From Owenia fusiformis (Eukaryota), in contig CAIIXF020000001.1 of assembly GCA_903813345.2 (NCBI GenBank), positions 47,058,001 to 47,122,000 of the forward strand: a stretch of DNA of 64,000 bases, given 5' to 3'. A program made the position numbers and the translations under genes. The stretch's first letter is position 1. Every line of letters begins with the position of its first letter. The notes under the pieces were generated by a model. That model was not told the DNA's origin. It saw only the letters and a list, made by a program, of their open reading frames with translations, and did no database searches. Shown here piece by piece: positions 11,660 through 25,380 of the stretch.

Positions 11660-14600
11660 CTACAAGACAGCTGTTCTTTTTATGGCTAATACCTTATAAG
11701 GTAATGCACATATTGTGAGTCCTATTTTCCCCTGTAAACTTGGCAGGGGCAGATCAGGAGGAAGTCGAAAGTGAAAACGTTGGAGCATGCTTGTGAAGAA
11801 TAAGAACAACTCTGTTCGTGCTAGGGACTCCCCTAGACACATTCTTTTACCTGAAAAACAAAATGAAAACAATTAGGACTTATGAGAGTCTCGTGACTAG
11901 CAGAACTCTGAAGGTACAACCAGTAAAAGTGAAACGAACCCTTATATCCAAAGCAAAGATTAAAATAAAAACGCAATGAATCAGCGTAATATACCCCAAC
12001 CCTACCATAACATATTCACCAATCCATCACGATCCAAAATCATTTTGATTTATCAGAGCCCTATCGAACAGTAAAGCTGTGTTAAACCCACAATGATCCA
12101 AAATCGTTTGACCATCGTTCGGAATGCTTATGATTTGTTTCTGGTTGGACTCGTAATTGCTTCTTTTCTATCTGTGTTTTATTCTGTTTTTTTGCTCTGT
12201 ATCTTTGACAAGGGAAATAAAGATACAATAAACAATTTTTGTGATGTCTGGATACTTTTTACTTTAGATTATCGCCCTAAGCACCCTTTGCACTCTTTTG
12301 GCCATGGACTGTTCATGACATTATCTTTTGGGACAGATATCAAAATATTCCAGTACTTATATATAACCGCGTAATCATATAAATCATGCAATTATACAGG
12401 AATACACTTCCATGGTTGTCAAACGTTTTGAGGGAAGTGTAGGACACTTACCTAGAGAAAATGGAATGAAGTGTGCAGGTTTGTTAACTTTCCCCTTGTC
12501 ATCTAAGAAGTTTCGAGGATCGAATTCATCCGGATTCTTCCAGAGTTTACTGTCTGCTAGGGCTGCCCATATGTTCGGGAAAATCATTGTGCCTTTTGGT
12601 AGCATATACTGTCTGAACTTAACATCTTCTGTTGTGGAATGTGGTAAAGCAAATGGGATAATATTAGCAAATCGTTGTATTTCCATTATACAAGCGTCAG
12701 TGTATGGTACCTTTGGTTTATCAGCCATAGAAATCATTGCTTCTGTTCCTATGTTATCATCTAGTTCTTGGTGGATCTTCGCTTGGATATCCTGATTTAT
12801 CGCCAGATAGAGGATCCCCCATCTTAATGTGTTGATCATTGTATCTGTCCCTGCAGCAAATAGGTCGCTTATTACCTCCAGTAACTGATCATCTGAAAAA
12901 AGAGCCAGTGTGTTATTAGAAAAAACATGTAAGAACACGTACCCTCGAAAGAAAATGTTCATGTACCATAATTAGTATCGATAGTATAAACAGCAAAATA
13001 ATGCAAATAGCGTTATAAAACGATACAATTTATCATTATCATAATCATTTTCCATTGGGTAAATCATGGGCATTCAATAGCTATTGAAAGCCAATAGGTA
13101 AATACATAAATGATACCCTGTAAGTCTTTTCCCCCCGGGCTTTTCCCCTATTTCTTTTTCCCTATACTTTACCCAAAACCTCCCACAACATAACCGTCGT
13201 TCACTTACCTGTAAACCCATGTTTCCCAGGATTGATCTTCTCTTGGGCTGCCATTTCCTTGAGGTATGCATCCAAGAAATCTTTTATATTTACAGGACTG
13301 TGAGTCTTTTTGTGTTCTGCGATAGTTCTCTCTAGAAACTCGGTAAGTGGTTCATCATTTTCAAGAGCCTCTTTAAACTTAAATGGATCCCCGGGAATGT
13401 ATTTCAAAAATGGAAAATAGTTCAACACAGACGAGGCTCCAATGTGTTCCACATTTTTATTTAGATATTCCAGATACAGTTGAATGTCTTCATTATCGTA
13501 TGTGACTCTTTCACCAAAAACTAAAAGGCAGATTATATTTGCAACTGCTTTTCCAATAATATTCCACATGTCAAAGGCTACTCCATTTTCTTTTTCTATC
13601 TCAGCTAGGAAGATCGTAATTTCATCTTGTATCCTGGGCTCCATATAGGTTTTTCCCATACCAAAGTCCTTTAAGACCCCTAATGCAAAATGCCTTTGCT
13701 CTTTCCAAAGTGGCCCCTCGGATGCAGCAAGACCTGTAAGATTACCCTAGAGAGATTAACCCTAATAAATACCATCATCTAGAAAGACCGGGCTTCTTCA
13801 TGTTTACAGTTTCTAGTATTAAAAATGAAATGGGGGGGGGGGATCATGCAATGGAGGGACTTCCACATTTATACTCACAGGATGTCAACGCTTAATTTTC
13901 GTAATTTGATGAAACTTGCACTTTAATCAAGACAAATAAAAAAATCACATGATTTATCTTTAACTTAAAATGGTCGCTCTACACCAGTCAGTGTTCGCTG
14001 TATTTTTCACGGTTACAAAAAAATATTTGACTTTTAATATATTCATCTATAGGGTTAGCTAGGCCACTTGGTTTAAAAATATTGTTTTGAAAATGGTGAC
14101 ACTCAAGAACATTTCACTTGAAACATACATACAAAATCAAGTAACATAATGTTCTCTTCATTATGAGCTTCAACACTGGTGATCCACTCGATTACGCTGG
14201 TTACCAAAACGATTCGTTTTGGTAACAAAATGACGGAACATCGAAGGTACGATTTTTCTCTTTTCCTCATTTCACGCGTTGTAGGCAGAATTCCCAAGAC
14301 ATTTTTTAACACAAACGTGTATCAGTATCAAATGTTGATAACCTTGGAAAATTATTTAGAAAAAATGAAGTTTTTGTTTTTGGGGAGACTGATGGATGCA
14401 CCCCATGAGTCTGTTCAAAAGCAACTTTTTGTGCGCAGGGTTAGTAGTTACACTATCAAAACAATATGTCATGAAGAATCCAGAGGATTTATAGCTGATA
14501 TCAAACATATAATTCAGAAGTATGAACATATTTCAGAGGGTTTCGACAATTTTATTGAAACAGGTGAAAAAATACCTAAGCGATTATGGAAATTGAGGGT

Positions 14601-16416
14601 AAATGGTTGTATTGACTATTCTGCTGAACAATTATATCTTCATCAAATACAGTCAGATAAAAAGATTAGGCGCTTTTCCAATATTCATCCTCATTTAAAG
14701 CCTTGCATTCACTACACATTAAGTAAGAAATACCCAGAAAATCTGTGGTCAATAGCACACCTGCTTCAACTTTCCTTGATTGAGGAACACGAAACAAACG
14801 TAATATGTAAAGCATGTAATTGTGAATATATAGATGTCACTAAACATATTTTGCTAGATTGTTCATATGTTAGCAATGTGAGAGACGACTTGTTCAGTGA
14901 AATTACAAATGTACTTGATGTAACAACATCAACTTCACTCCTTAATGGCGATGAAGAAGTTTTGATTGAAACGCTGTTAGGTGGTAATTCTGATATTCAA
15001 TTTATTAATGATGAAATCTATGAGCAGTTTATTATGATGTCATGTAAATACGTTAACAGAATGATTAAATTGTTATATTCAATAGAACTTTAACTAAATG
15101 AGACGTCCAGGAGCTGCTCGTTGTATATTTTTCATGAGATACTATATATTAAATACTGAATATAACGATTTAATGTAAATAATTGTACATTATACATGTT
15201 TTTCCTTTTTTAGCTAAATAGCTCAATATTGTACTCTTCATATATGAAGGAATAAAAGTTATACTTTTAACCCAAACCGTTTATGTAACTTAAGTGAGGA
15301 ATTAAATCGACGATTCTGTTGTCTTTTGAGCTATTTTTTCGCAAACATGTACATTTTCTAAAACATATGATACTGCCATATACGTTAGTGAGAAAAACGT
15401 AAAAAACGTCGTGGGGATTCTGCCTACAACGCGTGAAATAAGGAAAAAAGAAAAAATCGTACCTCCGACGTTCCGACATTTTGTTACCAAAACGAACCGT
15501 TTCGGTAATCAGCGTAATCGAGATGATCACCAGTGTACAAGTGCATTAAGCATATCTCTAGGGGAAGGCTATTCATTTACCTAACATTCCGGCCATATCA
15601 TCTGTAATGAACATAGGCGGCCTTCCAGCAAAAACATCTCCTTGTCTTACAAATGCTTCCTTGATAGCCGCGTAACTGTTCAGCACTACGACGGGCTTCC
15701 TACCCATCCTGTGAATTTTTTAATACGATATATGTTTTTTGAAAAAACGTTTGATGTGTTGAATAGAATATAGCATGGTAGTTGTATTCATACTTGTTAA
15801 GTCATACTTGCTGATGAGACACATTTAGCATTACCTGAGAATAACATCATGATGGTCTCAAGCATTACGGTTTGCATATTTGTTTTATTCATCAATACTA
15901 GTAATATCAATTTTCAGTGTACAACAGGCAACTGACACCCATATATATGTATATAGTTACATATAATTATATAACATAATTGTATTAATCAAGATAAGAT
16001 ATAAAACTGTTTTTATAAGATAGAAAATTAGAAGAAAAGTACCAAGAGAAAGAAATATACATTCATATGAGCTATAGCTAAATGTTATACAGTTCAATTT
16101 AATTACACAATCGCAATTTACATTTACAACCTATGATTAATACAATTTACATCACATGATTATCAATTTGAATTTTGATAATTTACAATTACCTCAACGT
16201 GAAAACATCTCCATATTTCTTTCCAAGTGAAACGCATGTCTTATGAAGCTCTTTTCCTAGAAACGGGAAATTGCCAACTATTGGTAGAGCAGCTGGTCCA
16301 GGTGGAAGTTGTCCTCTCGAGTTATAATACAGAAATATAAGTCCACATATTAGAACGACAATTAAAGTAACAATTGAGACGTGGAGAGTCGTTATTGAAA
16401 GTAACTCCATCACCAT
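11660..16416 (-). CDS. Cytochrome P450, CYP2 clan, copy 1, 502 aa. Exons 16416-16193, 15708-15581, 13733-13209, 12892-12452, 11850-11660
   Basis: N-terminal TM anchor + PPGP, WKEQR, AGTDT (I-helix), EIQR (K-helix), [17 protein letters not shown] (heme). Exon lengths sum to 1509 nt in frame with GT-AG introns. Confidence 0.95.
14174..15535. mobile_element. DNA-transposon MITE with CAC termini and ~130-bp TIRs in CYP intron 2, copy 1 only
   Basis: CACTGGTGATC...GATCACCAGTG inverted repeats, flanks TTCAA/TACAA. Absent at ~48407 in copy 2. Confidence 0.8.
14317..15264 (+). mobile_element. 5'-truncated LINE fragment (C-terminus of ORF2) nested in the MITE
   Basis: Frame contains KFLFLGRL...CKAC...HILLDC, typical of LINE ORF2 C-termini. 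Ends in GGAATAAAAG. 13-bp near-perfect TSD TTTTAACACAAAC (14304-14316) / TTTTAACCCAAAC (15265-15277). Confidence 0.75.
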
Positions 16417-18041
16417 CTCGCTTCTCAGTTTAAATGAACTGGCTGAGGAACTACATGCAACAAGAACAAATAATAAAACGTGTCTTAGGTGAACACTGCT
16501 ATAGATTAATTTTCTTATTGGTTAAATTCGACCCACTAAATTTTGTTTTTATTGTATTTTAAGTTTTACTTAATATCTGAAAATATTTTAGAATTACTTC
16601 CAGACACCAAAGGGTTAACTAATTCATGCGAGCAACCTATGGATGTGGCACTTCTAAAGATAAGATGTCTTAATTTAACAAACTATTGTTTTTACAGGAA
16701 TCACTGTAAGTGTTATCTGGTAGGTATACTGTACTTGTACTGTACATTGTACATCATGAGACTCTAACATTGTTTCATTGGTTACAGTATTAATCAATAC
16801 AAACAATATAATCTCCACGTGTCTTTGAGTCGCACACTCCTCTCAATGAATATGGAAACACAGATGGGCTACATGAATGTCATGAATTTTGAACTTTTAA
16901 CGTATGTGTGACTTTGAGTGAATCTAGTACATAGTCTTACCCTTTAAGTTCCCTTATATTTATCAAGATCATCGCAATATAGATATTGACAATAGTATTT
17001 TCAAACAATGTCATAAGAAAGGATTTTATAGCATTTCAGAATTCATCTTTGCAGAACCAAAATCCACTTATAATTTTTATTTGTGATATGATTAGAATAA
17101 GCCGTATCGAGTCTTCACTTTTTTCCATATACAGAGTAGGTCAAAAAGAGGACAATTAATACATGGACTATCATTAAAACACTAACATTGTTATGCAGAA
17201 ATGATATACTATATATGATCTTGCTATTTATTGCATCTTTCATCTATCTCGTACAACCAGAGAAAACGGGTGGATTGCACTGCCATCTTTTAATAAACAT
17301 TCTTTCTATAATGTGCATCCTATACCCTGTTCCTTAAATCATGGGCGCCAACTGTATTAAGTAAATCTGAGTTATCGAACGGTATATTATCAAGCATACA
17401 GAGTATGAGGGTCATTGTATCCTTCATTGATCGATATAAAACATAAACAGGTACATAGCCATAATCTATCAATAGCGTACCTCTATACAGAGTAAACACA
17501 TTCGATGGAGCAACAATGAGGATTCTATATGGCTTATATGGATTCTATAGCTGCATGGGACTAAGTCAAGAGTGAAAATGTAGAGCGTTGCCTTCATATA
17601 AATACTGAATATGGCAATTGTAATCGACAGTAATTCGTTGGTGGATTTGCTGGACCTTTCGGAACAGAAGAACAGATTATCATGTGCCTTTTTGAGTTGA
17701 CATACAGTCTGAGATTTTTTGTATTTTACACTAAAAACATAGTCTATTTACCCAACTGACAACCATGGTACTTAGCGTTAGTGTATCGATAGGGTGAGGG
17801 TGACTCTGATAGAAGATTCGTATACAGGTATAGCAAGTGAAATCCTACCAGTATAGGCCTACATGTAGATGAGTAGCCAGTCTCATAAAGTCTTCACATA
17901 GGAGTTAAAACCTCCGAAAGGTTACCGGTTAATCTTGGTACCGTTGGAAAGCTTAACATCTAGTCTAGTACTATTCGCTCGATAGATAATGCTACAACAA
18001 TAGAATATCAATACACGTTAAAGTGAGTTAAGAAATTGAGA

Positions 18042-19139
18042 ATGCCGAAACGCAAGGTTGTGTCTCACGCTCGGCAGCGCCTCGCTGAAAGGAAAGCGAT
18101 CAGGGATGAGATGACGGGTGCCGGGAGGAGGCGAGAGGCCAATGCAAGGAAACAGGAGGCTCGGGCGGTTCAGGTCCAAAAGAGAGCAGATACACAAGCG
18201 GCAAAAGCCCGACAAACCGAAGCTAGGCGTGCTGCTAGGCGTGCTGCCAGACCAACAAATGTAGTTGTGCGTCCCACAAGATACGTCACTGTGACAAGAC
18301 ACATACCAAGCTCAGCCCAAAGTGGTGCCTGTTACATACCAAGTTCAGCCCAAGACGGTGCTACTAACAGTGTAAATGGTTCTGGTGCATCTGTCGACAG
18401 AAGGCCGGGTGGACCTGTGTCGACCGACAGTACATCAGAAAAGCGTACGTATATCAAGAGGAAGGCATTTCTCAGACTCTGTGTCTTCCTTCTAGTATTG
18501 TTCCTGATAGCTCTAACAGGCATAGCACTGACAACTGTAGGAGTGGTGAAAGACGGCATGGCCCTTACTGTGATCGGCCCCTTGCTTCTCATAATAGGGA
18601 TAGGGGCATTGGTAGCAGTTGGAATACTATTTTACTATAAGTCTCGTAAAACTGGCTTCTTTTCTCCATCCGATATAACAGAACCTACCAATCCAAGTAT
18701 AAGGTCTACCTCGATTGATATTAACTCCCCGCCAACCAGAACAACAGCTAAAATTTCTTTTATACCTGCTAGCAAAGATAAACCAGATAACCCTACAGCA
18801 TCGGGTGGATCGGCCGATCCCTCCAAACCTCCACCGGGAGGTGAAAAACATGTTGCTGAAACAGTGTCCAATCTTGCTCCTACTGCTGAATCATCTCCAC
18901 CAAACTCTAATGAACGTCAAGATGGCTTTGCTAGTGCCACTGCGCCACCTAGTAATATTGCCACTGCCCCATCCAGTTCTTCGCTACCACCACCCCCATA
19001 CACCACTGTGAGCGAAATGCCGGAAAGGTCTAACACGCATCAAGCTCCACACGACCGAAGAGACAGTAGAGAGGATATAGATGTGACAAACTTACCTCCG
19101 TCTTATAGCGAAGCCATATCTCGTAAATCAGACGTGTGA
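18042..19139 (+). CDS. Intronless ~365-aa membrane protein, copy 1: basic Arg/Ala N-terminus, two TM helices, Pro/Ser tail with PPxY motifs
   Basis: Long GC-richer ORF, intact in both blocks. Hydrophobic segments LCVFLLVLFLIALTGIALTTVGVV and ALTVIGPLLLIIGIGALVAVGILFYY. PPPY and PPSY in the tail. AATAAA at ~19333. Confidence 0.8.
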   Translation: MPKRKVVSHARQRLAERKAIRDEMTGAGRRREANARKQEARAVQVQKRADTQAAKARQTEARRAARRAARPTNVVVRPTRYVTVTRHIPSSAQSGACYIPSSAQDGATNSVNGSGASVDRRPGGPVSTDSTSEKRTYIKRKAFLRLCVFLLVLFLIALTGIALTTVGVVKDGMALTVIGPLLLIIGIGALVAVGILFYYKSRKTGFFSPSDITEPTNPSIRSTSIDINSPPTRTTAKISFIPASKDKPDNPTASGGSADPSKPPPGGEKHVAETVSNLAPTAESSPPNSNERQDGFASATAPPSNIATAPSSSSLPPPPYTTVSEMPERSNTHQAPHDRRDSREDIDVTNLPPSYSEAISRKSDV

Positions 19140-19759
19140 CAACGATCAAATGTGCAATGCTTGATTTTTTGGTCCGCCACGTGCTCAACTTTTCATTTAT
19201 AGGCCGACACAAATATAGGTTATTATAGGTTCTCTAATGAAAGTTCATGAATTCCAATTAATTCAACTTTCATGCATTGGAGACCCTTTGATCGGTTAAT
19301 ATAAATGATGTTGCAGTGTCAGTTATAAAGGAAATAAAGTACTATATTTATTTATATTATCATTATGTCTAGATCCATATGATGATTCTATATGTATGAG
19401 ATCTCTTACGTCCGATCCATTGAGGAGATCGCGTTCAAATTAGAGATCTAGATTGGGAGATTATTCTCACTTCTATTTTGTACTCATATTCACAGAATAA
19501 GTAATAGAACTAATAGAAATAGAAGTAGATAAATAAATAATAAGATGAATAAATTGATAAATATATCAATAAAAAATAAATAAATAGATATATATAGAGA
19601 AAAATGAATAGATAAAATAGGTAATCAAATAGATAATTAAATAGATCAATAAACAGATAAATAATTAATTTATGGATCAATAAATATATACATGGATTGA
19701 TTTTTCAATATCTTCTTCGATTCTTTTGACCTTCTACCAGGTTACCATCATATTGTTTT

Positions 19760-21230
19760 TTTCGAAATTTTAAAATGGCGTATAATCTAAACCGGTAGTT
19801 TGATTTCAATTCGTTTTTCAGATTTGGAATGCTGAGAGAATTTACCATTATTTTGACTCCTCAAACAATAAATTTGAAGATTTTTTGTTGACCTCCTTTC
19901 TGGACATTATATTTCAAAACTAGGTCAAAATACCTTTTGACGGCAAAAGGCTAACACTATAAGCATACTCTTGGCTATCTGTATACCAAATTTCAAAAAG
20001 AAATATTTAAGTGTAGTGTCAGGGTTGTAAAAACAAGGAAAATCATAGATTTGACCTAGTTTTTTACCTTGGCATTCAAGTGTCCAAATTTTGAATTTGG
20101 TTAGCTTTATTGGTCCTCTAAATATTGTAGTTCATCTCTAATTTTATTTGAATCTAGTCTGTATCTGGTATTTTTCAAATCATGTATTTTCCCGTTGACT
20201 TAACATAGGGATATCGTCATATCGGTTTTTCGATATTTCAAAACGCAATAACTTCTGAACCGGAAGTTGGATTGAAATTTGGTTTGCAGATTCTGATTTC
20301 TGAGAAAATTTTACCCTTAATCCATTACTCAAACGTTAAATTTAGAGAATTTTATATTTTGAGTAGCCTTCGAGGACCCCTTCTTTCATAACCTTTCATT
20401 ATGTTAAGTTGTACTCAGTTTATATCTCGTATTTTACACTTTAAAAAAATTCTATCCTTAATTCTTAACTCATAGATTGAATTTGTAGAACTTTTTATTT
20501 TGACCTACTTTTCGGACACCATATCTCAAAAGTGGGTCAAAATACTTGCTGACGGCAAAAGGCTAACACTATTAGCACTCTCTTTGCTATACGTATGTAC
20601 AATTTCGAAGAATATAATTAAAGTGTAGTGTCAGAATCGCAAAAATAAGGAAAAACTTTGAATTTGACCTAGATGTTGACCTAGGCCCTGGACTGGATTT
20701 TGACCTAGACTTGACTTGGACCTGGACAAACACTGGACTTGGACCTGGACTGGACCTTGACTTGGACCTGGAAATGGACTGGACTGGTATTTTTTCAATT
20801 TTTCTTCACTTTTCTTGACTTTCTACAAGGTTGTCATCAGATCGGTTTTTCTCGAAATTTCAAAACGCCATAACTTTCGAACCGGAAGTCGGATCGAAAT
20901 TTGGTTTGCTGATTCGGATTCCTGAGAAAATTCTATTCTTAATTCATAACTCATGTAAAATTTGGAGAATTTTTTATTTTGACCTACTTTCTGGACGCCA
21001 TATTTCAAAATCAGAAAGAGTAATCAAAAAACGGATGGCATATTTATGAAAGGGCTGTTTCTGAGCTACATGATGAAAAAAAGATGAAGACGTTTCGATA
21101 AATAACGACGAAGATAATAGACAGAATGTTGAAAATGTAAGATTTGACCTAGTTCTTGAACTTTGACCTAGATAAAAAATTGACCCAATTTCCGAGGAAC
21201 AAAGTATTGGACCTAAATTGACCATATATA
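19760..21230. repeat. Internally duplicated interspersed repeat with TTTGACC motifs and a GGACCTGGACT-type microrepeat
   Basis: ~19890-20070 resembles ~20500-20680, and ~20220-20360 resembles ~20840-21000. Short degenerate repeats at 20685-20790. Confidence 0.55.
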
Positions 21231-22048
21231 ACTTGACTCAATGTCTTCTAGTTACATCCATTACAAATCTTGCAAATGGAGCCGGTTGAACCACGTGTTA
21301 ATCTGCATAATGTTTGGCTACATTCACAAATTCATTTTTGTCGTACACTTCCGATCTAAATAGACTTCAACACACTCTCGGGGCCACTCTTCAATACGGT
21401 GGTCTTCGACTTGCCAATCTCATAGGGCGGGGAGTGTACTTAGTACCTTTTGTTATCTAGTTTAACTTAATTTAGTAACTATGCTCATATTTTTTTATTT
21501 ACTATGAACTTCTGATAAGGTCAATAGTCATGGATGAATGCATACACGTGCCTTCTGCAACGATATTGTTCACATTCATTAGTGGTAACCAAAATACGAA
21601 CGATGTTCATTTACGAGTTTAAAGAATATATTTACTATTCTAATAACTCAGTAGTTTTAACAATGTATTTACTATTGTAAACAGATTTATGATGACGAAT
21701 ACAAGTTCTGTGGTGATGAGTTGCTGGCGATGAAGACTTCGAACCTGACGCTTGATCTCAACAATCTTGGTAAATATTCCTTAAACCTGGTAACAAGTAC
21801 ATGCACATATGTCCGAAACAGTTTACGACAATCTGAGCTGAATGTTTTCACAGACCATCAATATGATACGACGCATACTAGATAGTAATAATAGGAAAGT
21901 TAAGTTTAAACTGTTTATGGTCCCCTATTGAATATTCTCACATCACGAGGCTTTATTTTTCCGAGTGAATATGAGGATGTGAGAAAAAAGTTGTTTAAAC
22001 CAATTGAGAGGTGGACAATAATTCCTGGAGGGTCGTAATTTTATGTGT

Positions 22049-23797
22049 TTACGCTTTTACTTCCAAATTCTCACAAAAAACAGTCAAGCCAAGTAACTTA
22101 GTCAACATTCGATATTCGTATGTTCATCAATATTAACTAAGAATGGTGCCACAATTGAAGTAAAGCTCTGTTAAATTATTTTCAATAAACCTTTCAGCAA
22201 ACGTGTAAATGATTATTTTGATGTTCTGTTACATATTGGTGAAGCAATCTTGGGGATATGGCCTAAATTTCTGGATTTCCACTATGTCCCTGTATACCCC
22301 TACTTCAGAAGATGTATGTTATTCGTCATTTTTTCATTATGAATCAACCATAAATGTATTTTTTCTTGTTTACATACAGAATGAACTTTCTGTTTTCAAA
22401 TATTGAAAGATGGTACTGCATTTATTTTTTCATGATATGGAACAAACAAATGCGTGTCAATTTATACTGTAATATCCTACATACTTATATTTCAAGAGTA
22501 GTTTTGAAGAATAATCAAGAAAATCCATGTTTTCAAATGAATTCATCCTTGTCAAAGAACGTTAATGAGGATATGTGGTTTGAAAAACTAACAACATGTT
22601 TTAAGTTCTTACAATTCTTGGTTGAAACAAATATTTCGAAAGTTGTGATTTCGAATGTAATATCCAACTCAATGAAATTTGTTGATATTTGTGAATTTTT
22701 TCTTTCGGAATGCACTTTGCTGGATCATAGAACCTTGCCTCGTTCGTGATGCATGAAAAGTGTATTGTCAATACTTGACGTCGTTTGGATATTTGGATGT
22801 GATTGACGTTTTCGTTAATCTCCAACCACTGTCACTTCCAACTTAATTTTTGAAAGCCAAATATGATAGTCACGAATTGATATTTAAGTCACACGTTGAT
22901 GCATACATCATGTGTGTACATTAACGGTCGAATACATGCCGACTTATATTTTATATAAATATCCCAAGTTATCTCAAATCATCAATTTTCAAAACGGTTT
23001 ATCATATAACCTGGTGAGTTTAATGTTTCCTTTTAATTTATAATTATGGTATCGGATTTGAGTATGATATTAGTCGAGGTTTAAACAAAGCAATAAAACT
23101 GCGTGAAACCTTTTTTGAAGATTCGAACGATTTTTTCAAGAATCCTCCTTCAAAGTGTTACCACAGTGCTCCCCGGGAGTGGAAATTTCGTCTTGTGTAA
23201 TCAAAGTAATAGCGGGTGGTTTGAATTTTTTGTTTGAGTTTATAGCTCAGCATCTGTAAATTTAAAAACATGTCGCCTCATTGAGAGGTACATGCAGATT
23301 TTGGCGATCTATCATAATAAAAGGCTACATTTTGTGCAAAAACAGGAGTTGACACGCTTACATTTGGAATTTCCTACATAATTGTCGACTCATGTTTAAA
23401 AGTCATGAAACAAGCTTGAGCACAAAGCAAGTTACTAGTTACTGTCTATTTAGCATGTGATCACTAAGGGAAATATTATCAATAACTTAAATCGTCAACG
23501 GTTAAGTTGTATTCCAAGAAACTTATCAATTTAGAAATGCAAAATGTTCAATTTTTGTTAAGGAGCGGTATATATTAACGTACTTTTATCATCCCGAACT
23601 CAAATATTTTGGAATACTTATTTGAGAACGCTTTGTTGAGAATGGATTCGAGATGTACTCAAAATTAATACGTAAAAATGTGTATTATCATCTTAATAAC
23701 CACCTCACAAATTATTTTTGAAATCAAAGATGTACGATTTTTGAGATTTTTATTTTCGAATGTTGACTTAGTTACTCGACTTGACTGAAAAGCGTAA
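22049..23797. mobile_element. Putative non-autonomous DNA transposon with ~45-bp TIRs
   Basis: TTACGCTTTT[22-bp insert]CAGTCAAGCCAAGTAACTTAGTCAACATTCGA is mirrored by TCGAATGTTGACTTAGTTACTCGACTTGACTGAAAAGCGTAA. Confidence 0.6.
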
Positions 23798-24067
23798 TAT
23801 TTAACTTATCTATATAGTTGCATATATTATCTTGAAGCTTCTCAGCTATATTCCCGAAAATGATTTTTAGTTCAAATTTTCCAGCTCTTGTGTTTGATTT
23901 AAAGTTTCAATATCGGAAAACTCACCTTAGTATTTGCGAACAAGAGTCTGGAAACATGTTTTACCTAAGAACAGTCAGAAAACTTCACCTTTAATTTATG
24001 CAATTAGTTGAAATTGCAATCACTTATGTAGGCCTATGGTATTTTGTATTGTATATATATTTACAGA

Positions 24068-24565
24068 GAACGACAAGAAAATGTTGAGGATGATCAGAAC
24101 TTTCCAAGAGAACCTCGGAAATGAAATCTATAAAATAAAGGACGAGGAACAAAAATTCCACCAAGACCTCGGAGAGTTCATACTCATCATAAAACGCAAT
24201 ATGCCGGCCAATATGACTGATATTAAATCACTGAGTGGTTTCAAAAGCTACCTGAAGGAGATAAAGGGAAAACCTAACACCAAGATGGTGGTATTTGAAG
24301 CGTACATGTCCCTTCTGGAACGCCTTGGTGACATTCTGTCTGATATAGAAAGAGGTCGTGCTGTGAAATGCAAAATAACCTTAAAATGGACAATAACCTG
24401 ACAAAACTTCAACCTCTCGAGTGGAAGAAGAAGATAGTCGCACGTGACCATAAACTAGTGCTCGGATTGGTCAGTCTTGTTCCATTGACAGTTGATGGGA
24501 TTTCAGAGATTGATCAAAGTATTGATAAATATTTTTCTGGTATAAAGCCTGGAGTAAAATTATAA
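24068..24565 (+). pseudogene. Terminal coding exon of an unknown helical protein with a 1-nt frameshift near 24366
   Basis: TTTACAG acceptor just before 24068, two overlapping coding-like frames (24036..24401 and 24368..24565), and AATAAA at ~24599. Confidence 0.45.
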
Positions 24566-25380
24566 TTAGAATTTATGTACGATTCATATACATCTAATAA
24601 TAAACCTGAGTAACAATAAAATAACTGAAAATATAAAATCTAAGGATATAATGCGTTATTTATTAGATTCTAGAAGTTACATAGTGTATATCTTAAGCAT
24701 TTCTTGCAGTAAATATTTAAAAAATTTGGACAAATCGCATTCGTGAGTCTGCTACAGATTACTATAACTGATTGTTAAAATGGCAAGCTATTTATGGCAA
24801 TGATACAATGATTTCTAAAACTACATTCTTGAATAATAAGGTTTCCTTAAAATCGAATCACGTCCATGTATTCATACGAGGGATAATAAATAAATGAATG
24901 AACGGACTTTATCATCGATCAATTTCTTTGAAGGTCTCATTGTATTACATCAATTGACCTATCATGCCCCTCGTTTTGTTCGAATTATGCGAGGAATTCA
25001 TAATTAATTATAGTGATATAATTTCTAAAACTACATTTTAGAATAATATTGTTTCCTTAGAATCAAATCATGATGTGTTCTTGTTTTCATAAGAGGGGTA
25101 AAAAGACACGCATCATTTTCTTCTAAATTAATAATTATACATGTACTCGTATTGTACAAAGGCTCAAATTTGTTTATAAACTTAAGAAATAATTACAAAA
25201 TTAAATCAGCCGACTGTATTTCACTGATTCTAATTTCATATCACTTGTTTCTGGCAAATTTTGAATAAGAGCAAGTGGCAATTATTTCAACTTTGCGCAG
25301 AACAGGTAAATCTCTAATGTTCTTTAATGTCATTGTTTCTTGTTTACATGTTAAGTGTCCACTCTGGGATTCACTAGTGT

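Noticed and set aside
12412..12795. Plus-strand ORFs opposite CYP exons (also 46242-46571 and 47718-47984) and the minus-strand ORF 55517-56080
   Set aside because: Antisense shadows of well-supported CYP and ACSS2 exons.
14179..15093. 304-aa ORF as a host gene nested in the CYP intron
   Set aside because: It starts at a GTG inside a MITE TIR and continues in a TSD-flanked LINE fragment; it is absent from block 2.
21240..21890. Exon-like stretches (acceptor at ~21684, frame IYDDEYKFCGDELLAMK...)
   Set aside because: No recognisable motif or consistent splice model, and a neighbouring stretch has stops; not supportable as a gene.
22209..22825. ORFs of 60-131 aa
   Set aside because: AT-rich, low-information frames inside a TIR-bounded element.
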